From: Amphiscolops sp. MND2022
Taxonomy: Eukaryota
Reading direction: 5' to 3'
NCBI GenBank assembly: GCA_964187785.1
Contig: OZ076409.1
Coordinates: forward strand, 5,396,001 to 5,460,000
DNA length: 64,000 nt
The notes under the pieces are model-generated. The model saw only the letters and a list, made by a program, of their open reading frames with translations. It ran no database searches and was not told where the DNA came from. A program made the translations under genes and the position numbers. Below, piece by piece: positions 12,021-25,386 of this stretch (positions within the stretch are counted from its first letter, which is position 1; each line of letters starts with the position of its first letter).

Positions 12021-13363
12021 TTCTAGCAATCTCGACTAGGGACAATAAAAAATTAAAATCTTTTTCCATAACAGAGAATAAACTTCTATTGGAAGAGTTT
12101 TTTGTTTGAACAAAACATTTTTCACACATTCTGACTGTGATTAGCTTCGAATGGATTTTTTTGTGAGTCACAAAACAGGAAGTTTTTGATTTCTTCATCA
12201 AGAATGTGTGACTTCAAAAGGAGAAAAGTGTGAACAAAGTCTATACACGGATCCCAAACTGTCAATCTGGGAATACATTTAATTTTGAAGGTTTTTAGTT
12301 TTAGTTTCAAGTCTATTTATGAAAATATTTGCACAATTTTTTTAAAAAATTGGCAGTGGGGGTATTGGAGCAGAAAAGAGTACAATTTTTTTCAATGGTT
12401 TTCCAAGGTTATCGAAGATCGATTAAAATCTTAAAATCACTCTCTGTGTTTTTTCACTTGAAAGATTTTTCAAGGTAGACACTGCACCGTGTCAATTAGA
12501 AATTTGATTGGCACATTTTTGTCAAACGTCGGAATGCATCAAAGGCTACGGTGAAAGGCGTTATCTTAATTCGCTTTTTGCTTTTTCAAATTTCAGCTGA
12601 ATTTTTCCTGCTGAGTTATTGGAATTGTAATTGTCCTTTTTTTCTTGCAGAAATAATCTAGTGAGAATTCAGCAATATGTTTGCAGAAACAAACCTTTCT
12701 AAACAAAATAGGCCCCTCCGGGGCTCAGTACTATTTCTGCTTTAATCTTTATTTTTTTAAAACAAAAAATCATTAATAAAAGAATCATATCTGGAATACC
12801 AATACACTCCTGTTTAATCATTACTTAGAGCACAATTAATCACTGTACAAGTTTACACCGCCTTTAATTCTTCTCGGACTAAAGAAAATATAACTAAGCG
12901 TAGACGAAGTTTCGCATTCGCATTTGAATGCAGGCGAAGCTCTCAACGAACGAATAATTAACACTCATTCGCTTCATCTCAATGACGTCAGCATACGAAT
13001 GGATAATTACCACTCGCTCGTTCTATCGCACTAGAATTGAATTGTTGTCGGCAGCTTTCCCACGCTTACACTCACTGCCGAACAAAATATCTGAATTATT
13101 CAGTAGGACGAAATTTGACGACTGAAAAAAAAAAGGACCAACTTTGAGGTTACAATAACATTCCTGCTAAAGCAGAAATATTAAAAACCCAATAGCGAAA
13201 ATTGAGCGGCTGCTTTTGAATGATTTCACTTTGAAGTTCAACATTGTTTCATTCGAAGATTGAAGATCTCCTTAAACTCATCGATTTTTCCCTTGAATTA
13301 ATCCCAAGTCGTTGTAGCCGTTTCAGAAACTTTGAAATTTGACCATGGTAGACGTTTTAATTA

Positions 13364-13559
13364 CAGTCAGACTCGGATAAAAATTCTCAAAGCGCATTAA
13401 GAAGAGTTTCTTCTATCCATAGTTTCTTTTATTAGTTGTCCTATTAACGTAGAAAACTTGTCTTGCATAGAAGCAGAGGAGTGAAAACGTTTCTTATATC
13501 CAAATGTTTCTTTTACCCGTGTTTCTTTTATCCGTTTTTCCTTTATTCGAGTTCGACTG
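13364..13559. mobile_element. Short pogo/Tc1-mariner-type MITE
   Basis: TA|CAGTCAGACTCGGATAA...TTATTCGAGTTCGACTG|TA: imperfect 17-bp TIR with TA TSD. Confidence 0.6.
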
Positions 13560-14293
13560 TACATCGAAAAGGATAAAGTAAAGCTTCAAGCGACGTTTTC
13601 CAAAAAAAATTCGGCATTACAGTACTCGCCGAGTTGTTGAACGTCTAGTTGAGCTGAAGTTAAGATTAGTTCTTCAGTTTTACATCAAAAGTTACATCTT
13701 CTCACTTTGAGAATTGTTCAAACAATTGTAAATCTCCAATTGATGACCGGAGTCAAAAATACATTGGGCAAATTCCCGACGATAAAATTGCTTTCAGAGA
13801 ACTTCGACATTCTGTTATAGATCATGATCTATCATGATCTGCAGTGCAAAACCTCGCAGAACACGTTCGCCAAAGTTCCTCCCAAAAATGCTGGCAGGGA
13901 TATGCGAGACGTCTTTTTGTGCATTCCGGCATATTTTTAGGTGTTGATTCAACTCCAATTTTCGAAAAAAAGCGATTGAAAGTTTGTTATGTTCCATGAA
14001 CTACTTTTTCATCGGTACAGAGGATTTTTTGAACACCCCCTTTATCACCTAAGCAATACAAGCCAACAAAACACTTTTTTCCAGAAGTTTGTGAGCTCGA
14101 TTAATTGAATGGACACATTTTCAAACCATAGTAATTTTATTTCCAACAAGAAATTTTTTGATGTTAGTTATTACGGAAAACATCAATTTGCAAATTTTTC
14201 ACAATGTCAAATGACGTGAAGTTGCATATTTTGTGGGAAAAAACACGCGCATTTCTGACAGCCATGATCTTGAGAATAAACGGTTGCCAACTA

Positions 14294-14677
14294 CAGTGTA
14301 GGACGTTGAAACTTTGCGAAACGACATTCAAATTTGTTTTCCAAAATTAGTCTGTTTTATCAATCTTAATTCTAATTGGCTAATTGCAAAAATTAGACAA
14401 TCAATTTTAACAAAATAGACATTCAAAAACAGCATACGCTGCTGCTACTATCATGCTACTAGAGAGGTAGAAAGAATGAAAATAAATGATGCTTCGCATA
14501 GCGGCGGAAACTTTCAATCTTAATTACCAGCGGTATGCGGGCAGTGGCCTGCTGATGGATTACTAAAATTGAATGTCGATACGGGAATTTTGAATGTCTA
14601 TTTAGAAAATTTAATCTCTCATCTGATTGGTTCGAGAATTTTGAATGTCGTTTTCCAATTTTCAGCGTCCTGCACTG
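14294..14677. mobile_element. Tc1/mariner-type MITE
   Basis: TA|CAGTGTAGGACGTTGAAA...TTTCAGCGTCCTGCACTG|TA, extended TIR AAACGACATTCAAA and inner inverted AAATAGACATTCAAAA. Confidence 0.75.
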
Positions 14678-16324
14678 TATTAGTTAATCAGCGTACATAT
14701 TATTCCATTGCCAACTAAGCTATACTGTCCTTTCTTAGCTTTGTGATTACCTTTACCCAACCGCTTAGAAAAACACACTAGAGTTTAAGTGCTTTCAACA
14801 ATTGTAAAAAAAGGTTCATTTTGAAAGCTCCTCAAGTTTTCTGCAGACGCTTGATGAATCTCTATACGAAATTTCAAAGGTTATTCACAAAAATTCAAGT
14901 GAAACAAGATTCAAGAAGCTTTTTTTCGAAAAGGAAAAGGGAAATGTAAAAACATAACAGATCCTGTAAAGTGTTGCAAGATGTTGTGCAATTGAAACAT
15001 ACTTCAAATCCTACATCATAGGACTAATCTCAACATCGGATATGTCAAAAAGAGGAAAAATTACGAATGGTAACTCCGACAATGTTTTATTTTAAACCCC
15101 CCCAGGTACACCTTGATTCAAATTCTCATTTCTGAGAACGTGTATCTACGGAGACCTTCACTAGAAATCATAACAAGGTTTTCTCGCCTTGATCGTTGCT
15201 TACCACTCTTTCCAAGTTTTTGTTCAGGCGGCTGGTATCGTCAAGAGAACATTTAAGAGGATCGTTTTCAGTTACCCAAGATACTGTTAGAATCAAAACT
15301 TCAGATCTATACTAAATAGAGTATTACAAGAAGCATTCTAAAGTATCGGACGTTCAAATATCGTATTTTGACTTCATTCTTTTGGCATATGGCTGATACT
15401 AACCTGGCTGATTCCATTACTCACGAAAAAGATAATTGATTCGGAAGACCGCTTCACTCAATATATGAACTTTTGTTTTTTTTTCATGTCAGTTCTTCAA
15501 AACTGCCTTGGTCGATGGTTTTTCGACATTTCTCGTCATTCGGAATAAATAGTAATTCCCTTAAATCACGTATGTGTACTTTAAGTTCGCGGACTGCTTT
15601 CATTTGATCATGAAGTCACGTCGTATAGACTACAGGAAACTATCCATGGTTGGAACTGCTTGAAATTTTTACAAGTTTTTGTATGTTACCAAACTAATTT
15701 TTCATGATTTTATAAAACTCTCGGGAAGACTTCCATGCATTAAAATTTGACTGATTCAATTTAATTCTGAATAAAATGCCTAAAAAATGCATCCTAAATG
15801 TAGCGGCAATTCCGAAACACGAAGTTATGCAGATTTCACCAAGATTCCATTCTAATTTTGAAAGCAGCTGTGTCCTCATTAATTTCATTGCAATTTCAAT
15901 GCAAATAAACTTCAGTCACATTATAAGTCTCAAAATAGCGTCATATTCAGCGTGCTATTTGACTAACGGTGATTACATAATGTACTCACTTGAGAAACTT
16001 ACGCGTGAAAACAAAGTGATCGCGGCGGTGAAGAAGTGGAAATGTTTTCAGTTTTAATTGAAATAGTGGAAGCTGCATTGTAATCCTATAAACTTTCATG
16101 TGTGCCTTCAGTATTTTCTATATTTATCAATACTTTAGAATGCATGCATGGATGCAACATGAAAAACTTTTCGGCATGTTCGACTAGTGACGCTGACGAA
16201 GTTTGCTCAAGAATCGTTTTCAGAAATAACTTCAATAATGTGTTTCTCTGCTTTGCTTCTTACAAGTCCATTAGATTGTCCCTGTCAACAAGAATGTTTC
16301 AGGAAGTTGATATCATGAAAAAAT

Positions 16325-16754
16325 GGTACTCCTGACTAAGTGTGGTCCCTACAAAATTTATGCAGCCGGCCTGAAAACTCCTGACTATGTGTGGTCCCTA
16401 GCAAATTTAGAAAAGCCAACGTAAAGCAAACATTACATGTAGTTCAAAACAGCGGAATTCAATTTACTAGCTTTTAGTGCTGTTACAGCCAATATGTATG
16501 GAACTTGATTCGAAGAGGTTAGCATATTTGTTGTATGGCTCGGTCGCTTCGCTCCCTTCGGCAAGTAGCAACATTGAGGCATGGCCATGTGGCACGTCGC
16601 TTCGCTCCTGCATTTAGGGCACTAGGGGTATGTGAACATAGCTGACTACGTTATAATAATTATTCTGACAAAATATGCAGGGACCACACTTACATTATAG
16701 GGACCACACTTAGTAAGGAGAAATCGCTTGGGACCACACTTAGTCAGGAGTACC
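16325..16754. mobile_element. MITE with perfect 25-bp TIR and subterminal repeats
   Basis: GGTACTCCTGACTAAGTGTGGTCCC / GGGACCACACTTAGTCAGGAGTACC; GGGACCACACTTA repeated three times at the right end; middle (16470-16660) is another repeat also found at ~37745-37950 (inverted) and ~38770-38935. Confidence 0.8.
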
Positions 16755-17906
16755 GAAAAAATTTTCCAAGTTAGAGGTTTGCTATTATTAGTTGTATTTA
16801 GAACTTATATGTTTTTTTTTGCTTCTTCCATAATTTCTAAATCAATTCAGGTAAGTTTCTACCTAAGTGTTACAGAGTTATCCAATCATTTAAAAAACTT
16901 TTAAAAACAGTCCCGATATAGAGTCTTGATGGGTTAAATAAGATAAACTTAGCTAAGATTTCTGAAGAATGCACCGAGTTTCTAATGGACAAAGCCCACG
17001 ATATACTATCCGCTCATTGATAAAGGTTACCACATCCTCCATAAATGATTGTGCTAGAGATTTTAAGTTTGGGAAGATAATGCAATCTTCACGTGAAATT
17101 TACTTGTTTTCATTAGCTTCTCTGATAACATACCATACTGTAATCAGTGAATTGGACCTCTGATTGCAAAAAATCATTTGGTCTCGAATAAAGGATACCA
17201 AAATTTTCTGAATGAAAATGTATTTTTGAAACCGAAAAGTTCAATAAATTTTAATGTTGATTACAAAAGTTTTTGTTTAAAATTCTGAGATCAATATACA
17301 AAAATTTAGACACTATGCTTTTTACAACTGATTGTTTCTAACTTATTTTAGTTCAATTTTCGAGTCTTGAGAGTTGAAAAAATTGTTTTAATCTTTCAGA
17401 CGTTTTTTAACGTCTCAGGCTAATTAAATGTCTGTCCAACTTTTCGGCATTCAAAGTAGTTTGGCCCGTCACTAATTGCTGAGTTTCGTTGCTTTTGAGA
17501 TTTTTGCTGTAGTGAACTGGCCAAATTGCCAATTGAATTGATCTTGTTTGTAAAAAGATAGAGTTAAAGCGAAGCAACTGATCCTTAGACTTGCATTGTG
17601 TTAGAAAATCACCTTTCCTAGTTTTCCCCATAAATTAGATCTCTCAAGATTTCCGCAAAATCTTGCACTCAAATTATCTCTTGATTCAGTCCGTTTAAGC
17701 CACTGATTAGTTTGAATCTCTGAACAAGTCTCAAATTTCAAAAGCATGAAACAGTCAAAAATGACACTTATCAGAAAAGTCAGAAACGTTTTTCGATGAA
17801 AAATGCTTTAGAACAAAAAAGAAGTTCAAAATTGAATTGAGTTCCTGAATTGAACTTTCAATTAAAACGATTGAACAAGTGGAATCTCAATAAATCAATG
17901 AAAACC

Positions 17907-18304
17907 GGGCTCTTTTCTGTTCCCCCCACCACCAATTTTTTTTGGAAAATTAATGAAAATCTGATAACAAAAAGACTTGAATACAAACCAGAAAGCTTCA
18001 ATTTTAAATTTATTTTCAGGGTGACAGTTTATAATTGAGATGAAAATTTTGTTCACACTTTTTCCCTATGTAGTCACGCATTTTGATGAAGAAATCGACA
18101 GTAGTCATCAATAAACACATAATACGAACATAATCATAGTCAAAATATGTGAACAATGTTTTGTTCAAGCAAAAAAACTGTTCTAATAGACGTTAACTTC
18201 CCGTTATGAAAGAAGGTTTTACTTTTAATTAAGCTAGTGTAAAGTTTTTAGTGAAATTTACTTTCAAAAATTTTGGCGGTGGGGGGGGGGGGGCAGAAAA
18301 GTGC
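17907..18304. mobile_element. Family C MITE-like copy, inverted relative to 9930-10338
   Basis: GGCTCTTTTCTGTTCCCCCC...GGGGGGGCAGAAAAGTGCC termini; internal sequence is the reverse complement of the 9.9-10.3 kb copy. Confidence 0.6.
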
Positions 18305-18402
18305 CGAAAACCGTTCAGATGATCTGTTGTGTTGTACTATGATGCTTCTGTTGTTATAGTTACATTTTTCACGTATGTAATTAGCTCCATAATGTTTTCT
18401 TT

Positions 18403-18990
18403 TTAGTCAGCGCTTTTCGTGTAAACAAAAAATACCCGACTCTTACAATGACCCTTTTTTCTACAGACCACAGACCTCACACTGAAGGGTCCACTTTTTA
18501 CAGAACCTCTCTAGGCCCCCTAACTTACTAGCAAGCAATTTCGGGTGCTTCCAAAGGGTATCGCTTTTGGCTACCAAAATTTTTGAAGCTTTTGTCGTTA
18601 CTAGACAACTCAGAAGGTTAGGTTTTACTGTTTTTTGGCATTGTGAGACTTTTTCCCCTATTTGGTTATTTTGATTATCTGCAACAACCTGGATAAAAAA
18701 AAACAAAAGGTCTCTTTTGCGTTTTTCGCCACCTTGAGACTTTTTTTCCGACCTAGTTCACTATAAAAAATGTTTTCGTCCTAAAAAGGCTTTTTTCGGC
18801 ACTGTGAGACTTTTGCCCGAATAGATATTTTTTTCAGAAAAAAAAACATTTAAAACATTCAGTTGTTAGATGTTTCAAGTTGGAGAAAAGTGGTTTTCGA
18901 GTCTTATGCGTACTACAATTCTAACTACCATAGAATGCATTGGGGTATTCGGGTATTTGGGCGCCGACTTGGGCCGATCTCGGCTTGCTG
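18403..18990 (+). mobile_element. Family A HINE-like copy
   Basis: TTTTAGTCAGCGC...GGCGCCGACTTGGGCCGATCTCGGCTTG. Confidence 0.55.
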
Positions 18991-20125
18991 GTCATTGTTT
19001 TTAAAATCGTTGTTTATTCAAAATTCTGAATTAATTTCATCCATCGTCCACAAATTATTCTCTGTTTTTTTTTCAATGCGACTTGCAATCAATTAGTTTT
19101 CACCATAAAAAGAAAAGTAAACTGACTAGTATTCATTTTTCTCCTAAATCTTCATTAGACTCCAATTTAAGCGGACATACTCAGAACCAATTCCGTGAAA
19201 ATTTTTTGTTTATCATAACTAATTGTATCCAGTTTGTTTATTCTATCGTAAACCTCCAATTAAAATTGTTTACTCTTTTATTTCAACTCAACTGCTTTCA
19301 TTGCAAAAGAATTAGATTTTTGAACAAAGCTAAGCCAACATACCAGAGTGAAAGGAATGTGAAAGTATTCAATCGAAATGGTTGGAAGAGAGAAAACAAT
19401 CTACCAATAATTTTCCAATCATAGTTTCTTTTTTTGGAATCATCGTGTGGCGTTTAGGTCATCGAAAAATAACACGTTTCTACGGAATATGAACATTTTT
19501 TAACAGTCAAAAACATGAATGTCAAAGTTTCGTCACTCTCTGAAAACTTAATCTTTTGACCTCTGAAAACAATATTGCACAAGGAAAACATTCGATATTT
19601 GACCTCCTCAAACTTATATTTAGTACGGCCTCATTCTACAAAAAATATATATTTTTCTTAGTTTTTTGAAAAAAAAGTGCACGACCTTTACAGTGGCACG
19701 TAATACCTGTGGAAAAAACCTACGGTTTTTGTGCTCTGTGCGACTTTTTGAAAAACAATTTCATTTTGTCAGCGGGTGCGCCCTTCACTTTTCAAAAATT
19801 TCTGGCTTGGAAAAAGCGTTTTGCGAACTTAGAGGGTCTCTTTTTGGGTTTTTCGCCACTATGAAACTTTTCCTGAAATGAACAACTTTTTGATACCTTT
19901 TTGAAAAATTGAGTTTTAAGGTGTTTCGAGAAATTTTAGGGCAGTAAATTTGATGAATTTTTCACAATAGTGTCCCTCTGCTTCAAAACACTTTGATCTT
20001 TCTGAACTTTGAGCGGGGCGCCGACTTGGGCCGCTCCCGGCTTTTTTTCTGTTTGATCTCTCTACTTTTGAATTGGGGTAATTTATAGACCTATGACCTT
20101 TGACCTCTGACCTTTGATGTTTCAG

Positions 20126-20341
20126 ATGACCTCGCCAACCATCAACAACCTGATTCTGCTGGGGTCACTGCTGATCTACCTGTCTACGATGCTCTCCTCG
20201 GCCAACGCCTTCTCAACTGACCCCGTGGTGTTGACCTATTGCTGCAGGGTCGAGTTATGTCTGGTGTCTCTGGGGTTCACTGTCGGGTACGGGTCACTCT
20301 TCAGCAAGACCTGGAGGATCTACAAAATATTCACTGACAGG
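20126..20341 (+). CDS. GABA-B-receptor-like class C GPCR, exon encoding TM2-TM3
   Basis: TTTCAG acceptor; MTSPTINNLILLGSLLIY...LGFTVGYGSLFSKTWRIYKIF matches GABA-B motifs (MSSP.NNLI, GAMFAKTWRVH.IF); GT donor at 20342; 216 nt, phase 0/0. Confidence 0.9.
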
Positions 20342-20398
20342 GTATCTTGTTTGCTTAATCTCCAGATTAAACATGCAAGACAAGAAAGATTAACTAGA

Positions 20399-20870
20399 AA
20401 CAAGCCGGGACCGGCCCATGTCTGCGCTATATCTAAGGCTCAAAATAGCAAAAGGACTTCAAAATGTCAAAATATTGGTGAATTTGGAACCTTTTATGAA
20501 TTTTTTTTGAAAAAAAGTCTCACAATACCAAAAAAAAACTGAAAGGGAGGACCCTTTGGGATTTTTCAACATCCATTCTGATGCAAAACTCCAAAAAATT
20601 GAAGGAAGGCCCTTTGGTCGAAAAAAATTTTGAAAAAAGTCGCACAGTGCCGAAAAAATCTAAAGGGGGACCGTTTGGTCTCGTCCGGTATTATATGTTA
20701 CGCGGGAACCCTTTTTGGTTCAGTTCCTTGGGCCAACATGTACAATTTGGCGTCTTCTCAAATTTTTGTAGAACTTTTGGTAGAACTATTTTGGTCACTT
20801 CAGGTGGTCTTAAAAACACTGACGAAAAGTCATGACTATAGTCGACTCTTTTCTTAAAACTAAAAATAAA
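20399..20870 (-). mobile_element. Family A HINE-like copy
   Basis: ACAAGCCGGGACCGGCCC terminus, ATCTAAGGCTCAAAA and GGGACCCTTTGG motifs. Confidence 0.6.
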
Positions 20871-23737
20871 ACTTCGTGTTGTAGTAAGTCTGGAAGCCCA
20901 GACAGGTGTAAGACTGCTCCCTTTGCAAGTCTTCTAGGTCAATGAAGCCAGTTTGTAGAGCTATCAATGACAGGTTGATGACCTTTGACAGCCGGCACTG
21001 CCCTTAAATCAAATTCATCAAGATGTTTTTCTTCAAATTCAGAAGGAAGATATCGTAAAGTCACCTTGAAGCAGAGTTTTTCCATCGCTAATTTGTTTCG
21101 CTAATCGATAAACCGTTAATTCCAAAATCGATATTTCGCTGAAAAACTTTTTCTTCAAACGAATCAATGTCTGAAATCCAGTATGTTTCAAAATTCACTC
21201 ATAACCTAATTCAATATTTGCAAAAAAGAAGACTAGAATTCTTCATACTTTGTAAGTTTTGTGGGTGTTAGAGTTGGAATTTTGCGTAATTCATTTTGAA
21301 ACTCCGTGTACTTTCCGAGGAACAAATTAAAAACCATTATTTAAAAACCAGAGATTTGACACCGCCAATTACCGATTCAGCGAATTGGCGGCCGCAATAA
21401 TTTTTTAGCGATTTTATTAGGGATTCAATTCAGCGCCAACTAATAGATTGACCAAATTAAAAAACTCCGCGGAAAAAACACAACAATTCAAAATGAATTT
21501 CGGAATATTCAAACTCTTACACTTGTAAAACTTACACAGTATGAAAAATTCTAGTCTTTTTTTCTTGCAAAAATTGAATCAAGTTATCACTGAATTTGGA
21601 AACATACTGGAATTCAGACATTTAATAGTTTGAAGAAAATTTTTGGCGATTTTGAAATTAGCGGTTTAGCGATGTCAAAACTCTGATTTAGGGTTTCCAT
21701 GTTTTACTTCCATGTTGGCACCTTTTCGGACGCTTTCTTGATATTAAAATGGCATCCGATTGATTTACTAATGTTCGGCTTCAAACCGGGGTTTGAAACT
21801 TACCGTTCTCTCGGCCGTTTTGGAAAGAAAAAACATCACTTTACCTATTTTTTTTTCAAAATTTCTTTTTGCCTCACTGAAATGTTTGGCTCTTATGGTG
21901 GTTCTTAAATTCAATTTTCTGCTTTTCTTGACTTGCGGTTGACTAATTAGCATGTGAACAAAATTTGTATTCCGTGGCACGGCTGGGAAAATCTTTAGCG
22001 CACATTGAAATGCTGCCAGCATTTTCCAAGTTGCCTCTTAATTTTACAAAATTCAAGAAGCTGTCTGTTAATTTAACAAAAAAATTTCGAGGCATGTTCC
22101 CTGAATTTTCTGTTTCATTACAAACAAGCCGGGAACGGCCAAAGTCGGGGCTAAATCTAAGGCTAAAATTGTAAAAGGGGGAGGGACCCTTTGGGCTTTG
22201 TGAAACTCCAGTTGGTTGCAAAATATGAAAAATTGAAGGGGGACCTTTGGGAGATTTTAAAATTGGGAGAAACTGAACACCGTTAGCTTTCTGATGGCTA
22301 CAGGAATCAACACGCAGGAAGTGAAATGAAATTTTACTGATGCTGACAGACTCAGTGATATTAATCAGTTTTGTGTGCGCCCCTCTTTGCTTGCCTCTGT
22401 CAAAATAAAAATGCGCAATTGACGAACGGAATTTGTTCTTCCCGTGGAACTTATAGTACCCCGGTTGCGAATATCTTGTTACGGAAAATTAAGTCCTCAC
22501 AAATGGAACAAAGCTGCCAAATTACTATTGTATTTCTCCGAATTTCATCACGTCGTCTTAATGTTTTCGCATTCACATCCTTATTAATTTGGTATCAAGA
22601 AGTCAACTATCGCAGTTCGCAGTCTATTGACATCAATTTAAGTCAAAACAATTGAACTGAACTACTGAGCTTTTGACTACTAATTTGACTCTAATTCATT
22701 GAAAAGACCCAGAAACTGATGCAAAAGAGCCAAAGCTAATTTTTAGAAGCGCATTTTAGAAAAAAATGTTCCCGGTCGTTACAGTGATTTTTTTCGTCAG
22801 ACCACAAAAATGTATGCGTAGCGTCCACTTTTTCAACAGCTTGTTTACGCCGCCAGTAGCTAGGATGCGGGCTTCCGAAGCAAACTGTCAACGGTTCGAT
22901 TCCTGTCTGGGACTATATCTTTGTTTGCAAACCCTTAACGTGCCAAGGGGTCCCTCTTTGGGTTTCTTTTCGGCACTGTGCAACTTTTTTCGGAAAGATT
23001 TTCATATTACTAGAGGATGTTCTATTCTTCGTTTTTCCCGTGTTTCATCTTCCAAAAAGACGTTTTTAAAGCCTAAATATTCCCATATTTTGGTTTTCGG
23101 CTTTGTGCAACTTCTCTTCCAAAACTCCCCCTTTTAATGTTCTTCGAAAACTTGTTTATTTCTCAAACAGAAATGAAAACAGAATTTTGACATGTTTGAA
23201 AAACTCTGCTTTAGGAGCCTTAAGCGAGGCGCCGACTTTAGACGTTCCCGTTGTAAACAAAAATTGAAGTTTCGAGATAGCAGAGTTCGGATGTCAAAAG
23301 CATAAGTTTTTTACTATGTATTTTTTTGCGAAATATAATTTTACGGAACATTTTTCGGTTACCGGGATTCGAACCTACACTCTAATGGTTGATAGTCTAG
23401 CGCACATCCTCTATATGCTATCGCTACTTGAATTCCGTTAATTTAATCTTATTTTCATTTGCAAACATGCTCCGGGCCCAAGAAGATGTGGTGAAGAAAA
23501 ATTCAAAAAAAGGAAACTTTTTTTCTTCACCACATCTTGTTGGGCCCGGAGGATGTTTGCAAATGAAAATAAGATTAAATTAACGGAAATCAAAAACTTG
23601 ATCAAGTTTAAACAAAAATTGTTCTTTTGTATGTTCGTACATATTAATTTGATATTCATTACTGTTATTCGGGACCATAAACTATTTGAATAGAATAGTC
23701 TTGTCAAACACATATCTTGATGCCCGGAGTTTTTCAG

Positions 23738-23882
23738 GGTGGAAAAGCCTCCACAAACGTGCGAGTGAAGGACCAACAGCTGCTGATTTTCATTCTGGTG
23801 GGAACTGTGTTTGACGTCATCTTTCTGGCTGTGTGGTTGCTCGTTTCGCCCATGACTATAGTCCAGTCGTTCGGAAACATTG
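23738..23882 (+). CDS. GABA-B-like GPCR exon encoding TM4
   Basis: TTTTCAG acceptor; GGKASTNVRVKDQQLLIFILVGTVFDVIFLAVWLLVSPM resembles KD..LL...D..IL..W...DP; GT donor at 23883; 145 nt, phase 0/1, consistent with neighbours. Confidence 0.88.
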
Positions 23883-24084
23883 GTTAGAAATATTAGCTCC
23901 TTTCTGGTTCCCCCGCCACCACCAATTATTTTGAGAAAAAAGGTCTTTGGAAATTTCAGAAGACTAGCCGAATTAAATGTAAAACCTTCTTTCATAACCG
24001 GAAGTTAACGTCTATCAGAATGGTTCTTTGTTTGAACGAAACAATTTTCACGCATCTTGACTATAATTACGTTCTTATTCACTG

Positions 24085-24612
24085 TTTTTTAGTCGGCGCC
24101 TTTTCCCTTAAGGAAAAAAGCCCGACTATTACAGTGGGTAGTTTTTTTAGTCGGCGCCTTTTCCCTTAAGGAAAAAAGCCCGACTCTTACAGTGAGTAGT
24201 TTTTTTTGTTTTTTTCAGTTGACAATCTCACTCTGAGTGGTCCACTTTTCTTACAATTCTTACAATTTTCAAAATCTTACAATTATTACTTAGCAAAATT
24301 AAAATACTGGCGCAAAAGTAGTTTTTATATCATCTAAGGGTCCCCAAAGGGTATTTTCGGCACTGTGCGACTTTTTTTCGAAAAAATTTTTATTGTTCCA
24401 AAAGGGTCCCCCCTTCGAGTTTTTTCATATTTTGCAACTGAATGTATGTTAATACATCACAAAGGGTCCCCCCTTTTACATTTTTCGGCACTATGCGACT
24501 TTTTTTGAAAGAATTTTTTTTTTCAAAAATTCATGTTTTTTTCCAAAAAATTTTTTTTTGCGCTTTTTGAGCCTTAGATATGGCGCCGACTTTGGACGTT
24601 CTCGTCTTGTTT
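24085..24612 (+). mobile_element. Family A HINE-like copy with duplicated 5' end
   Basis: TTTTTAGTCGGCGCC (twice)...GGCGCCGACTTTGGACGTTCTCGTCTTGTTT. Confidence 0.6.
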
Positions 24613-24732
24613 CTTTTTCAGCCTACAATCTCACTCTGAATGGTCCACTTTTTACAATTTGTTCATCTGTTCTGTTGTTCATCTTCTTCGACTAAATTTC
24701 TGAAGCCGGAGAGCGGGGGTTCGATTCTCGCA

Positions 24733-25386
24733 CTAAACCATAATAATTTTATGCTTCCAAAAGTACAGCAGGTGAGACCAAAGGGTGCCCCTGTCGTAAG
24801 CACGCGCGTTTGTGGATGTAGTTGGACCGTCTTTCTGACAGTCCATAAATGGCTTACTTCTCGAGTTATCTCTGGAATCTGAGTTTCGCAGAACTTCGGA
24901 ATATCCTTCCGGTCTCTCGGCCGGAACGTTCCATCTTTCTCTGGTCAAATGTCCCGATCCGGCCACAATGGCATTTTGAATCTGGGGTAAAACCTGATTG
25001 CTAATTGCATCAATTATGGCTCTCTGTATCTGAACACTGACACTATTCATCATCTCGTCCATCTCTCTAGATATTCGGGAATTCAATTCACTCGACAGTC
25101 TATTTATCTCAGCACTAGAATTACCTCCAGCAGAGTTTTGGCCGTAATCGGCATTTGGACTAAGTCCGTCATTTCTTGAATTTAAGTACCTGTTTTCATC
25201 ATTATTTTCAAATTGATCACCAAAAGTACTTTCAGGTCTTCTGGCTTGATTACTACTGAGGCTTTCATCTCTCTCATTTCTACTGAAATGGTTTTCTCCG
25301 AGCATCATATCTACATTTTCAATGTCCGAAATTATCTCAACTCCTCTAGATTTTCTGGTTTTCTTCTGCTTTCTTGTTGTAGGCAT
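24733..25386 (-). CDS. Gag N-terminal segment duplicated in the 3' LTR, reading out into flanking DNA
   Basis: Identical to the first 198 aa of ORF 30436-31284 except one residue; diverges exactly at the LTR end (AYD|RGT versus AYD|MVTG). Confidence 0.6.
   Translation of the reverse strand: MPTTRKQKKTRKSRGVEIISDIENVDMMLGENHFSRNERDESLSSNQARRPESTFGDQFENNDENRYLNSRNDGLSPNADYGQNSAGGNSSAEINRLSSELNSRISREMDEMMNSVSVQIQRAIIDAISNQVLPQIQNAIVAGSGHLTRERWNVPAERPEGYSEVLRNSDSRDNSRSKPFMDCQKDGPTTSTNARAYDRGTLWSHLLYFWKHKIIMV

Noticed and set aside
23438..23995. 185-aa minus-strand ORF
   Set aside because: Antisense shadow of the GPCR TM4 exon plus repeat sequence.
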